A stretch of 64,000 nt of DNA from Amoebidium appalachense (taxonomy: Eukaryota > Protista > Ichthyosporea). This document shows positions 1 to 9,407 of the stretch, piece after piece. The notes under the pieces were generated by a model. The model made no database searches. It saw only the letters and a program-made list of their open reading frames with translations, and was not told the DNA's origin. Positions within the stretch are counted from its first letter, which is position 1; every line of letters starts with the position of its first letter. The DNA is taken from positions 3,453,098 to 3,517,097 of the forward strand of contig CAVNZM010000011.1 in assembly GCA_963693365.1 (NCBI GenBank), read 5' to 3'. The translations under genes and the position numbers were made by a program.

Positions 1-872
1 AGCAGGGGTATGTGGGGTAGATAGGCGCCCCACTGGAGCAGCTCGCAGAACTTGAACAGCAGGTAGTTGACCGAGAGGAAGTTGATCCTGTCATCGCACG
101 CGTCCTTGAACACGCCCTGCGTCTGCATGAACATGTCGCGCAGGCGGTCCAGCTGCTCGGGGTTGAACTGCGGGCACTGAATGCCAAATGCGCTCTGCAT
201 GATGCTGGGGATGTTGCGGTAGTAGCGGTTGAGCTTGCGGCTTCTCAGGAGCTTCTTGACATGTGCGTGCGTGATGCGTTCCATGGGGTAGTGCAGCGTG
301 GCCGCGTCCCTGACAAACTCGATGACGTCAACCGGTATGTCTGTGGTCTCCTTGCCCTGGAAGTGCACGAGCGTCTCGTTGAAATGGTTGAGCGGCTTGT
401 ATACCTGTTGGCGCTGGCTGCGGGGTGGGGGCATCTTGAACACCGACTTGTTGAACTCACAGAACCCGGGCACGGCCTCACCGCACTCGTCGCACACGTA
501 CATCTCCCTCATCTTGTCCAGCAGGCCGACGCCGCACGCGGGGCAGGGATCGGGCTCGCGGCGGGGAGCACGGTCCTGCACGTCCTCCACATGGGTCAGG
601 TAGTCGCGATACACCTCCCTCCTCGAATCCCTGTCGCTGCACTCGTAGTGCTTAAGCATGTAGGGCAGGGTGTCGAGAAGGAACTCAACCTCCTCCTGGA
701 CAACAGCGGCGTCGCCGATCCTGCGGCGCTTGGCAAACTCGGCCATGCGCACGTCCACACGCGACTCCATGTCGTTCTGGGCCACGTGCTGCACATACTG
801 CTTGTCTGCCTCGCAGCCCTTCTTGGACCGGTAGGGCGCGCGCATCGGGCGCTTGCGCTCGTCCGCTGACAT
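1..872 (-). CDS. VLTF3: Viral late transcription factor 3 (VLTF3, poxvirus A2-like), 3' end beyond window edge
   Basis: Hand translation from ATG 872: CPACG..CDECG Zn ribbon, YKPLNHFNETLVHFQGKETTDIP, KLNRYYRNIP, RINFLSVNYLLFKFCELL..YLPHIPL. These are VLTF3 family motifs. Confidence 0.92.
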   Translation of the reverse strand, partial: MSADERKRPMRAPYRSKKGCEADKQYVQHVAQNDMESRVDVRMAEFAKRRRIGDAAVVQEEVEFLLDTLPYMLKHYECSDRDSRREVYRDYLTHVEDVQDRAPRREPDPCPACGVGLLDKMREMYVCDECGEAVPGFCEFNKSVFKMPPPRSQRQQVYKPLNHFNETLVHFQGKETTDIPVDVIEFVRDAATLHYPMERITHAHVKKLLRSRKLNRYYRNIPSIMQSAFGIQCPQFNPEQLDRLRDMFMQTQGVFKDACDDRINFLSVNYLLFKFCELLQWGAYLPHIPL

Positions 873-904
873 GCTAGTTGGCAAGAAAGTGTGCCGCGGA
901 CGCG

Positions 905-918
905 CCTTATATACCTGC
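905..918 (-). promoter_or_regulatory. TATA-type promoter GCAGGTATATAAGG of VLTF3 (motif recurs at 10954, 13821, 16671, 28967, 33141)
   Basis: Same motif lies ~35-60 nt upstream of six ATGs, in the gene's orientation. Confidence 0.7.
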
Positions 919-925
919 GGGAGCC

Positions 926-1618
926 CTAGTTCACGCTGTCGGCCTGGATGATGAACAGTATGGGGAAGGTACTCCCTGGGATGCTTTCAGCGAACGAGCC
1001 CGTTGCGGCGCTCAAACCCAGGTTTGTGGCCTGCCCAGACCCTTGAGAAGCGACGCTTGTTCCCAGCAACTCGATGATTTCAGTGCCGTGGGCAACAGAC
1101 TCGCGGCTGTAGTCGGGGGGGGGAGGTGCCCGACCCGGCTTAACGCCACAGTAGCCCAAGACGTTCTTTGGGGTGGCCAACACGCATTCACCGCCTACGC
1201 TTACGGTGCCAGGCCCGCAGCTTCCCCCTTTCCGCGAGCTCGAGCGAACACGCATGGTTGCGGCAGGTCTGGACTTGGGGGCGGCAGTGGGCTTCCTGGT
1301 TGCCATTGCCTTGGTTGGGGCTTGAACGGGTTTAGAAACCGGCCTCCTGGAGGCGGCCTTGGGGGCAACGCTCACCCGCATGGTCCCCATTGGTTTCAGA
1401 GGACGCATGGCGGTCGCAAGCTTGGGTTTCTTTGGGGGGTGGCCGACGGTCGCATGCTTGGCTGGTGCCTTGCGCTTGGCGCTGTCACCTGGCATCCCCA
1501 GACGCCCAGCACGACCGATGAGCGACTCGAGCGCCTTCACCTCCAACTCCAGGTTACTGGTGGACACGGGAACAGGCAGCACGCGTGATGCTTCCGTCAG
1601 TTTAGTGTTCCTGCGCAT
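926..1618 (-). CDS. Lys/Arg/Pro-rich basic hypothetical protein
   Basis: 230-aa ORF; AKRKAPAK..PPKKPKL basic low-complexity centre; fits tandem minus-strand packing. Confidence 0.6.
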   Translation of the reverse strand: MRRNTKLTEASRVLPVPVSTSNLELEVKALESLIGRAGRLGMPGDSAKRKAPAKHATVGHPPKKPKLATAMRPLKPMGTMRVSVAPKAASRRPVSKPVQAPTKAMATRKPTAAPKSRPAATMRVRSSSRKGGSCGPGTVSVGGECVLATPKNVLGYCGVKPGRAPPPPDYSRESVAHGTEIIELLGTSVASQGSGQATNLGLSAATGSFAESIPGSTFPILFIIQADSVN

Positions 1619-1641
1619 TTATTTGTGGACAAGAAAAGATA

Positions 1642-2469
1642 TCACACACAGCGCCGGGCAACGTTGGCCAGCTTCGTTTGCTCCGCATGGAAGAGAGCCA
1701 GCTGTGCATCGTAGTCGAGGGTCTCGTTTGTGCGCACGTTACATCTCTGGAAGAGTATGTAGCGTACACGCCGGTAGAGGTCCTCGCTGAACAGCGTGAT
1801 GTCCAGTGGAAGCACGCCGTACTCCCCAAACCATGACAGGATGTCCTTGTCCAACTCGTTGGGCTGATACCAGTCAGGAAGCGCCATCAGCGTGTCGGGG
1901 GTTTTCTTTCGCACCAGCTCCTCCAACTCTATAAGGTAGGTCTGGATCTTGGACGCCTCGTCCAGGCCGATTCGCCACTTGCACGCGTACTTATCCAGGT
2001 CCTCGATGATCCACGGCTCCCTGCAGCTGGAGCTTGCCTCGAGGGACGAGAAGTCATCAGGGAAAGACCCGAACATGGCCATGCGGATGCGCGAGTAGAC
2101 GTCCTCGGCCACCTTGAACACGCTCACATCGGTGGCCTCGTCGAGTGCGGATCCCTTGGCGCCGTTTTTGTTGATGTCGACACCGAGATTGATGACGCAT
2201 CCAAGAATAAACCCAACTGCGTCCAATGGCTGCAGGCGCCCCTTGCAGGAACCGACGACCTGCTGGACGGCGTACAGGCCACGCCATACATAGAGCGAGG
2301 CCCGGTCGGCGACCGGCGCCGACACGCACATCTCGCGCGCATAGTCCTTCTTCTGCCTGATCAACAAGTGCTTTGCGGCCTTGACGTCATTCTCTGATGT
2401 GGGGCCGGTGGCCTTTTTCAGCACCAGGTTGGTGGTGTTTGTGATGTTTGCTTTGTCGTACTTGGGCAT
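1642..2469 (-). CDS. Hypothetical protein
   Basis: 275-aa ORF with globular composition; AATAAA just downstream. Confidence 0.75.
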   Translation of the reverse strand: MPKYDKANITNTTNLVLKKATGPTSENDVKAAKHLLIRQKKDYAREMCVSAPVADRASLYVWRGLYAVQQVVGSCKGRLQPLDAVGFILGCVINLGVDINKNGAKGSALDEATDVSVFKVAEDVYSRIRMAMFGSFPDDFSSLEASSSCREPWIIEDLDKYACKWRIGLDEASKIQTYLIELEELVRKKTPDTLMALPDWYQPNELDKDILSWFGEYGVLPLDITLFSEDLYRRVRYILFQRCNVRTNETLDYDAQLALFHAEQTKLANVARRCV

Positions 2470-2792
2470 TTATAGCGGCCACGGAAAATATTGGGAGGCA
2501 CCGTGCTTCAACCACTGAACCTGCTGATCATGCGTGCGATGTCGCCGAACTTGGCGTTGGCCATCTTGGGAAACAGTGGGGCAAGGGCGCGGTCCACCTT
2601 GATCTTTTGGCCTTCGGCAAGACCTTTCTTCTTGGCGTACGCCCACACCGCCTTTACGATCTGTCCACGCGTGGCCGACGACTTGTGCATGAAGCCCTTG
2701 AGGGGGGATTGAGCTTGACGGGACGATTGAACGCCGATTTGGTCTTGCGCGTGTAGCATATGGCCATTGCTCATGTCGACAATAAAATCCAT
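2470..2792 (-). CDS. SWIB/MDM2-domain protein (ORF 2508..2792; start uncertain)
   Basis: SPLKGFM...RGQIVKAVWAYAKKKGL..QKIKVDRALAPLF matches the SWIB pattern common in NCLDVs. Confidence 0.8.
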
Positions 2793-2823
2793 GACTGCAA
2801 GGACCCGCCACTGTTCTGTGACT

Positions 2824-3603
2824 CTATCTGACCTTGACGTTGAACTCCTGCGGCAGCGTTGGCCCCGCCACCATGTCCGGGATGGGCATCATCGGCGCGT
2901 CCGTGTTCGCCAGCCCGCGGATCTCGGCAAAGTCGTGTGTGCGGATCCCCCTGCGTGCATGCACCACCTTCTCTGGGTCCACGCGTGCCGGGTTTGTCGC
3001 GTATGTCGGTAGCGGCGGCCGCACGCCCTGCTGTGCATCCTCCCTGCTGTTCAGCACGGCCTCCGGCCGGGCTCCCTCGTTGCGCATGTTGCCGTTGTAC
3101 ACTGGCGCGCGCGTGCGTGTGCGGTACAGCTCACGCATGTAGTTGCTGCGCGACTGCTGTTCCTCGGGATGCACATGGCCGTCGACGGCAGCACCTGCCA
3201 GCACGGCCACGGTCTGGGGGAGGGGTGTGCGGTCGGCGGCGTTGGCGGCGTCGTCGAAGGGCTTCTGCCGTTGGTAGGGCGAGAGGTAGCGGAATCTGCC
3301 GTAGTGCTCGTCATGGGGCACCTCCATGACCTTGGTGTTGAGACGGTCGAGGGGGTTGAACGGCCGATTGAGGCCGAGGGCGTCAGTGGCCCCGGCGTGC
3401 GGTGCATAAAGGGTGTTCCTGTCGAGGTTCAGGTTAGGCTGGAAGTCTGCGGGGGACAGGGGCGGGGCGGGCTTGGGCGGAGGGTCCGGGTTGTCAAACC
3501 CCCAGGCCTGATAGAACGGATTGCCTTCGTGCGAACTCACGTACAGGTAGACCACCGCCAAACACACGATTGCAAGGGCGAGCTCCGAGTGCGAACTGTC
3601 CAT
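2824..3603 (-). CDS. Membrane-anchored hypothetical protein
   Basis: 259 aa; N-terminal hydrophobic helix LALAIVCLAVVYLYV. Confidence 0.7.
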   Translation of the reverse strand: MDSSHSELALAIVCLAVVYLYVSSHEGNPFYQAWGFDNPDPPPKPAPPLSPADFQPNLNLDRNTLYAPHAGATDALGLNRPFNPLDRLNTKVMEVPHDEHYGRFRYLSPYQRQKPFDDAANAADRTPLPQTVAVLAGAAVDGHVHPEEQQSRSNYMRELYRTRTRAPVYNGNMRNEGARPEAVLNSREDAQQGVRPPLPTYATNPARVDPEKVVHARRGIRTHDFAEIRGLANTDAPMMPIPDMVAGPTLPQEFNVKVR

Positions 3604-3661
3604 TGAGAAGGGCTACATTAATGCCACCGCCACGGGTTGGCGCTGTTTATTGCCTGTGCGC

Positions 3662-4168
3662 TCAGCGCCGGCACACCTGGTAGTCGACCACGTACCGCAC
3701 GCGGTCCCGCAGCGTCCGCAGGTGGCTGACCCCAAACAGCCGCCCGTGCTTGTTGACCTTGCGGTCAAGGCACACCTCGAGCGCGCCCTCGCACGGCCGC
3801 CACTGGTTGTCAGGGCACAGGATCTCGAGCGTGACCTTGGTCAGGCGCACACTCTTGTGGATGTTGCCGTTCGAGTCGATGGTGTTGGACTCCGTGTACG
3901 GCACCAGCGGCTTGCGCCCGTCCATTAGGCCCCAGCCGTTGGCCACCTCCAAGTCGACGTAGCTGTTCTCAGACCCCACATCGTACACCAGCTTGAACGT
4001 CTTCTTCTGCCCCGCCACGCGCACCGTCACCATGTGCGTCTTCGAGCACTCGGGGATCAGGAACACCGGCACCTTGCTGTGCCGCGTCGACGTCCGCCGC
4101 ACGCACGTCTCGAGCCGTCGTGCCCGGCAAGCGCAGCCGCGCCCTCTGGCTTTGCGTTTTCGTTGATG
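3662..4168 (-). CDS. Retropepsin-like aspartic protease (atypical DVG motif)
   Basis: VTVRVAG..FKLVYDVGSENSYVDLEVANGWGL and C-terminal RLFGVSHLRTL resemble the D[TS]G and LLG.D.L motifs of retropepsins. Confidence 0.55.
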   Translation of the reverse strand, partial: HQRKRKARGRGCACRARRLETCVRRTSTRHSKVPVFLIPECSKTHMVTVRVAGQKKTFKLVYDVGSENSYVDLEVANGWGLMDGRKPLVPYTESNTIDSNGNIHKSVRLTKVTLEILCPDNQWRPCEGALEVCLDRKVNKHGRLFGVSHLRTLRDRVRYVVDYQVCRR

Positions 4169-4218
4169 CATACTGGGGGCCCACAATGTAGCGTTGGCCG
4201 CTCAACGGCCGCGCCTTT

Positions 4219-4515
4219 TTAGGGCTTCTTGAAGCTCTTCCAGCACCGCCGCTTGCGGCAGCAGCCCCGCTTGGGCTTCTTGCGCCCGGGAACCAGGCCC
4301 TTGCACTGGCCGGCGTACGAGCACATGACGTACTTCATGTTGTAGTCGGTGACGCGCTTGATCCACTCGGGATCCGCCGAGGGGAAGCGCTTGTAGAGGT
4401 CCTGGCCGATCATGGCCTTGACGTGGTGGTCTGTGATGCCCGTGCTTTCCGGTAACATTTGCAGAAGGCGCAAAAACATATGCTGCGTCGCGCCGTGGGA
4501 GCTATTTTGGTTCAC
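4219..4515 (-). CDS. Small hypothetical protein with basic Cys-rich C-terminus
   Basis: 98-aa ORF between neighbours, GC3-rich codons. Confidence 0.6.
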   Translation of the reverse strand: MNQNSSHGATQHMFLRLLQMLPESTGITDHHVKAMIGQDLYKRFPSADPEWIKRVTDYNMKYVMCSYAGQCKGLVPGRKKPKRGCCRKRRCWKSFKKP

Positions 4516-4524
4516 AACGCCCGC

Positions 4525-7152
4525 CTACTTGACGAGTCGCAACAGCACCGTGTACCGACCGACCACGAGGTTGTCTTCCAAATCACGCACCTCGACTGAC
4601 ACGGACGTGGCCGCGGTGCGGTGCATGAGCCACATCTGCCCGTGCGAGCTCAGGAGGTCCGCGCGCACCGTGTGGCCGTCACGCACCAGCACGTACGTCA
4701 GGCCCGGGCGGGAGCGGCCGGCGTAGTCGTTGGGGTCGGTGGGCATGGTTTCGGCAGTGGATGGGTCCGACTGGAGGGCGGGCCGGCACCAACTGACGCC
4801 CCTGCCGAAGACGTCATCGATCTTGACATAGAAAAGCATGGTCGCAGGGGCTGGCCGGGGACACGGAACCATTAAGGCGCTGCCGTCCGTGTAGTAATAC
4901 CTTCTGGGCGGACGAAACTGCAAGATGCCCACCCTGTCCAGGGCGCTGTTTTCGAAGTAGCTCCGCCTAATGCTCGCCCAATCCATTTTAGCCGTAACCA
5001 TCTTCGGGGGTAAAGGGGTATCAAAGTCGACGTCATTGAATGATTCATAGATACGACATGATAGAACTTTTTTTGTGGGCTCTGATATCCCAAGGGCACG
5101 GCAGAGGGGGCCGGTGAATTCTACACGGATTGGTGTTCTGAAATACTCCGGTGACATATAACACAGGTGGCGAAGACGCAACGAATCGTCAGTCCAGAGC
5201 AGGGCATTTTCCCAGTTAGGGCGGACGAATATAGTGTAGGTATTCAACTTATCGTCGTCACCTAAGGGTTGATGACCGATTCTCATGTATACCGCCCTTA
5301 AATCTTCCACCACTGCGTCCATAGGATTAGGCGTGTTAGGCACTGGGTTTTCCTCTGTGAGAATGTACATCAGCGCAAAATATTCTGGCCCGTAGTTGTC
5401 CATCCAAGGCTTCATAATGGGGACTGGGCCGTAGGGGTATTCCGCCATTTCGCTTTGTAACCTTGCATCATAGACTATTGGTTCTGGGTAACTGATCTTT
5501 TTTTCTCGGCACACATGTGCAAGTTCCAATGGGGATTTCACTTCTAAATAGAAAGGCATTAGATAGTCGTGTTTGACCTCGGATGGTTCTATCCTGTTAT
5601 CGACATGTGGATTATATGGTGATAAACTGACTTCGAATGTGTGGACTGTGTATTTTGACACATCAACAGTAACAAGCGATCCAAACTCATTTGAAGTGTA
5701 GTAGTATTGGTCTGTACCATGCTGAACCCTGTATATAGTTTGTCGTTCGGAAACTTCATTCCCGCCACGAAATTTCCAATTGAACCGATATAGTATACTC
5801 TCCAAAAGCACGTGTTCAATTGTATAGTTTATGTCAGAGATCCGATCTGTTTCGCCGTACAGAGGTTGCGCAAAAAGAAGCCCCCTGTGTATTCTGGCAA
5901 CGACTGTCCTGCTGGCCAACATGCGGTCATCGATGACGACTATTGAATTAGCCTCTCGTGGCTTTAGTGAAGAATACGGGTCATGCCCACCAGCTTGGAA
6001 CCACTCAAGCAGCTCAATAGGCATTGATTCCAGAGGGCGGCTTGAGGGGAAGGTTGTGGTCGCGTGAACTCTAAGTCTCGTGTAACTCGCACAGTCTTTG
6101 GTGTCTTGGAAGTCTTCTGGTGTATAAAAACAGGCCCTATCGCTTAGTGTACCAGCCGGCAGATCCGGTTTAATATGTGCGCCTGACCCGAAGCCAGCCA
6201 TTCCCATATTGCCGAACCAGCCTTCATGTATGATTAAAGGTCCATCTGGTGTTTGCCTCGGTGGTTGAATAAATTCTATCTTTTTCTTGTATGTATCAAG
6301 AGTCTTCAAAACAGGCCAACTCTGCATGGGCACAAGACTGATTGGATATCTGTTCCATTGTATAATGCGTGGAACAGCCGTCCCATTGATATGAAGATCT
6401 TGATACGTAGAGTCTGTAGGGTCAAGCTCGGTTGGGCTCAGGTTATGATTGAGAAACCCAATGGTTGATGTTCGGTCGTAAATTGGTGGTCTTAAACCAA
6501 AACTCTCCAGAATATGATTAGATGACAGATACGTCGCCTGAATCCCAAAATTGAAACGTTTGATCATCGTGTCAATGAGATATGCAGCCGTGTAACGACC
6601 TTCGGGGATATTCACGCTGACAGTAATATCACGAAAAGGTGGATCGGGATTGGTAAGAAGTGTGGGTGCATCTCGCACCACACAACTGACAGTGTTGTTC
6701 TTCGCCGTCACAACAAAACCCTCCTCCGTGCTCCCGTGCACGGTCACTGACTCTACTTGCACCCCCCGAACGCCGTGCACGCGCTGTGCAAGCTGTGTGG
6801 TCACCTTGGAATCGGGTGCGGCCATTGAATTGCTCAGGAGCACATACTCGTCCTCCACTCTACCGCCCGCATCTCGGCTGTATCCACCCATCCCCGCCTG
6901 CACGTTACCCCCGTCTGCCCCATGCTCACGGCTGCCCGACGTGGAACCCTCCCTCACGGTCCGCGTCTGCGCCTGCCGAACTGCACCCCCCACGCCCTGC
7001 TTGTTCTGCTGTCTCTGCGCATTTCCCTGCTCTCCCCCTTCCACAAAGGCCTTCATCTCGGCGTAGATCTTGGCCCGGGACCCGGAGTACGGGGGCATGC
7101 CGGGCGTGCGCGACGCACGCCGCCCGTCGCTGTCTGAACCCCGCGTGGCCAT
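4525..7152 (-). CDS. Penton/minor-capsid-like protein with large insertion
   Basis: N-terminal VHGVRGVQVESVTV, VNIPEGRYT..LID.M..RFN and C-terminal SVSVEVRDLEDNLVVGRYTVLLRL resemble single-jelly-roll pentons of NCLDV/polintons. The ORF itself is clear (875 aa). Confidence 0.55.
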   Translation of the reverse strand: MATRGSDSDGRRASRTPGMPPYSGSRAKIYAEMKAFVEGGEQGNAQRQQNKQGVGGAVRQAQTRTVREGSTSGSREHGADGGNVQAGMGGYSRDAGGRVEDEYVLLSNSMAAPDSKVTTQLAQRVHGVRGVQVESVTVHGSTEEGFVVTAKNNTVSCVVRDAPTLLTNPDPPFRDITVSVNIPEGRYTAAYLIDTMIKRFNFGIQATYLSSNHILESFGLRPPIYDRTSTIGFLNHNLSPTELDPTDSTYQDLHINGTAVPRIIQWNRYPISLVPMQSWPVLKTLDTYKKKIEFIQPPRQTPDGPLIIHEGWFGNMGMAGFGSGAHIKPDLPAGTLSDRACFYTPEDFQDTKDCASYTRLRVHATTTFPSSRPLESMPIELLEWFQAGGHDPYSSLKPREANSIVVIDDRMLASRTVVARIHRGLLFAQPLYGETDRISDINYTIEHVLLESILYRFNWKFRGGNEVSERQTIYRVQHGTDQYYYTSNEFGSLVTVDVSKYTVHTFEVSLSPYNPHVDNRIEPSEVKHDYLMPFYLEVKSPLELAHVCREKKISYPEPIVYDARLQSEMAEYPYGPVPIMKPWMDNYGPEYFALMYILTEENPVPNTPNPMDAVVEDLRAVYMRIGHQPLGDDDKLNTYTIFVRPNWENALLWTDDSLRLRHLCYMSPEYFRTPIRVEFTGPLCRALGISEPTKKVLSCRIYESFNDVDFDTPLPPKMVTAKMDWASIRRSYFENSALDRVGILQFRPPRRYYYTDGSALMVPCPRPAPATMLFYVKIDDVFGRGVSWCRPALQSDPSTAETMPTDPNDYAGRSRPGLTYVLVRDGHTVRADLLSSHGQMWLMHRTAATSVSVEVRDLEDNLVVGRYTVLLRLVK

Positions 7153-7177
7153 TAGTGAGTCTCACCATTTTATTGGA

Positions 7178-8620
7178 TCAACCAGCTCCCAGCAGCAGCA
7201 GCACGAGCGCCACCGCGATCACCAGGCCCCAGTACGCCGCGGCGTTCGCGTGCGCCCAGGCGCTTGCCGACCCCAGTGGTGTTGGGGCAGGCTGTGTCGG
7301 CACAGGCGGCGCAGGCGGGTTCTGCGAGTCCTTTCCAGCCTCCCCAGGCACACCGGGTACGGCCGGAGCCCCGGGCTCTGAGGGCTTGTTGTCGGGGTTG
7401 GTGTTGGTGGTGGTGGCACCCGACTCCTCCTTGCCGATCTGCATGAGGCACTGCTGTACCTGCGTGGCCTGGATCTTGGCGTCAGTGTTCTCCGTGACCT
7501 CCATGGCCTGGTTGCAGATCTGCACGTTGAGCGCCGTGCACTCCTCGTTCTCCATGTCGCGCGTCTTGTAGCCCTGCACCTTGCACACGGCGTGGTGGCA
7601 CTGCACGCTCCAGCCGAACTTCTTCTTGAGTGTGGCGTGGTCCATTCCCGCCGGCAGCGGCGCAAAGCACCCGCACGTGGGATCATTGACCCCGGCCTCG
7701 GTCTTGCAAAAGAACTCGGCATATGCATTCACAGCGCTGTCCTGTGTTGCCGGGAAAAGGTAGTTCTTGTCCATGCGAGCCTGGTCGTGCAGCGGAACCA
7801 CCGAATCGTCCCGCCCGCGCGAAAACTCGAGGAGGTCGCGCAGCCGCAGCGGCCTAGCGGTGTCCCAGTTCTGCTCTCGCTTGTAGTCAAACTTGTACAG
7901 CAGGTAGCGGTCGTGCATGCGCAGGAGGCTCACGGGCCGCATGGTGTGGTCGTTTCCCTTGGCCAGCTCGCCGCGGTACTGGACTCGCAGCTTGGACTGC
8001 TGCAGGGACACAAGGTGGCGGTGCGGGGCGCGCAGCCAGTAGTCCGGGTTCCAGTACTTCTGGTAGTCGTCCCACTTCCAGTCCTGGTTCTTCCTGGAGG
8101 CCGAAGGGGCGCACATCTTGTCGCCGGGGTTGTACGTGGGGAAGGCCGGTTGGTCGCTGAGCGCCACGTAGTCGGCCGGGCACGTGAGCACCTTGAGCCG
8201 GGTGGCGTTCTGGCGGGTGCTGGCCGGGCACCCAACGGCCTGTGCGTCCTCCTGGATGTCTGCCAGGCTGGGGGTGTAGCAGAATCGCGGGTCGTCGTAG
8301 ATCAGACACACCAGGTCCGAGTCGACGGGGTTGTACTCGGGGTCGCCGTGGTTTCGCCTGCAGCCGGCGGGGTCCTCTGCGGTCGCACACGAGGCCCACG
8401 ACACAAAAGAGACGGCCTTGTATTTCGGGAACGCAGGGTGTGGCAGGGGGAACTGGAGCTTGAGCGAGGGCATGCGCCCACCGTGGTGCGCCCACTCGTT
8501 GCCGAACTGCCAGTCCCACAGTTGCTTTCGGTACTCGTCCCAGCGCACGAACTTCCACGGGTAGTCCGGGTTCTCCTTGAGACGCTCGATGTCGTCCTTT
8601 CCCCAGGTGATGTTGGCCAT
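7178..8620 (-). CDS. Entry-fusion complex protein, poxvirus A16/G9/J5-like
   Basis: Cys pattern FFC...DPTCGCF...QCHHAVC..GYK...C..NVQICNQ...C, Pro-rich stalk, C-terminal TM helix. Confidence 0.75.
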   Translation of the reverse strand: MANITWGKDDIERLKENPDYPWKFVRWDEYRKQLWDWQFGNEWAHHGGRMPSLKLQFPLPHPAFPKYKAVSFVSWASCATAEDPAGCRRNHGDPEYNPVDSDLVCLIYDDPRFCYTPSLADIQEDAQAVGCPASTRQNATRLKVLTCPADYVALSDQPAFPTYNPGDKMCAPSASRKNQDWKWDDYQKYWNPDYWLRAPHRHLVSLQQSKLRVQYRGELAKGNDHTMRPVSLLRMHDRYLLYKFDYKREQNWDTARPLRLRDLLEFSRGRDDSVVPLHDQARMDKNYLFPATQDSAVNAYAEFFCKTEAGVNDPTCGCFAPLPAGMDHATLKKKFGWSVQCHHAVCKVQGYKTRDMENEECTALNVQICNQAMEVTENTDAKIQATQVQQCLMQIGKEESGATTTNTNPDNKPSEPGAPAVPGVPGEAGKDSQNPPAPPVPTQPAPTPLGSASAWAHANAAAYWGLVIAVALVLLLLGAG

Positions 8621-9387
8621 CAGTTACCATCCTCCCCATTAATTTGTGCACGCCGGGCCTGCAGCCAAAGCAGCGCGCGGGCGGCCAGGGCACCAGCCAC
8701 GCCGCCCAGCAGGGGCCCCAGGAAGAAGATCCACAGGTGCTTGAGGTCGTGGCTGTCGCCAAACGTGGCCGCCGCAAGGCTTCTTGCGGGGTTGATGGAG
8801 CAGCCGGTGACAGTGACCAACAGCATGTGCATGAGAAACACCACAGACCCGATGGCGAGAGGGGAAATGACGGGCGCGACGTCCTCAAGCTTGGGATGCT
8901 TGCATGCCAGCGACACCGTAAACACCAAGAACGCCGTGGCGAGCAACTCCATGGCCAGGGCCTCGGCCTGGGTGGTCCCGCCGACAAGCCCGTTTGTTCC
9001 GAACGAGCCGTGGAGGGCGGGAGGCATGCCGGCCCGCAGCAACGCCGTGCCCACGATACCTCCGGTAAACTGGGCGGTGAAGTAGAGCGGGAGAAGCACG
9101 GGGTCCAGCCAACCGGCGGCAACCATGCCCAGAGTCACCGCCGGGTTGACGTGGGCACCCGACACGGGGCCCAGCACGGCCACCAGCCCCCCAACAACAC
9201 CCCCGAACCCGGCGGCCACAGCAAGGACGTCAGCGGCCGATGATGCACCGTGTGAGGTTTCACCCGTGGCCATGGCGATGCCGATGGCGGTGAAGGTGAG
9301 CAGGGCGGTGCCGCAGAACTCGGCGATGAAGGTGGGTGCGTTGTGCAGGAGGAAGGACTTCACGCTCTGCATGGTTGAGTGTGGCAC
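8620..9387 (-). CDS. Aquaporin (MIP family), orthodox water-channel type
   Basis: AEFCGT, SGAHVNPAVT, TGCSINPARS, WIFFLGPLLGG; two NPA motifs and ~6 TM helices; intronless. Confidence 0.97.
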   Translation of the reverse strand: MPHSTMQSVKSFLLHNAPTFIAEFCGTALLTFTAIGIAMATGETSHGASSAADVLAVAAGFGGVVGGLVAVLGPVSGAHVNPAVTLGMVAAGWLDPVLLPLYFTAQFTGGIVGTALLRAGMPPALHGSFGTNGLVGGTTQAEALAMELLATAFLVFTVSLACKHPKLEDVAPVISPLAIGSVVFLMHMLLVTVTGCSINPARSLAAATFGDSHDLKHLWIFFLGPLLGGVAGALAARALLWLQARRAQINGEDGN

Positions 9388-9407
9388 ACATTTTGTGGGG
9401 TGGTGGT

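Noticed and set aside
926-1618. Histone H1-like call
   Set aside because: Only basic composition; no globular H1 or histone-fold motif seen.
7592-9085. 497-aa + strand ORF and similar overlapping ORFs across 1-31 kb
   Set aside because: Antisense shadows of GC3-rich real genes.
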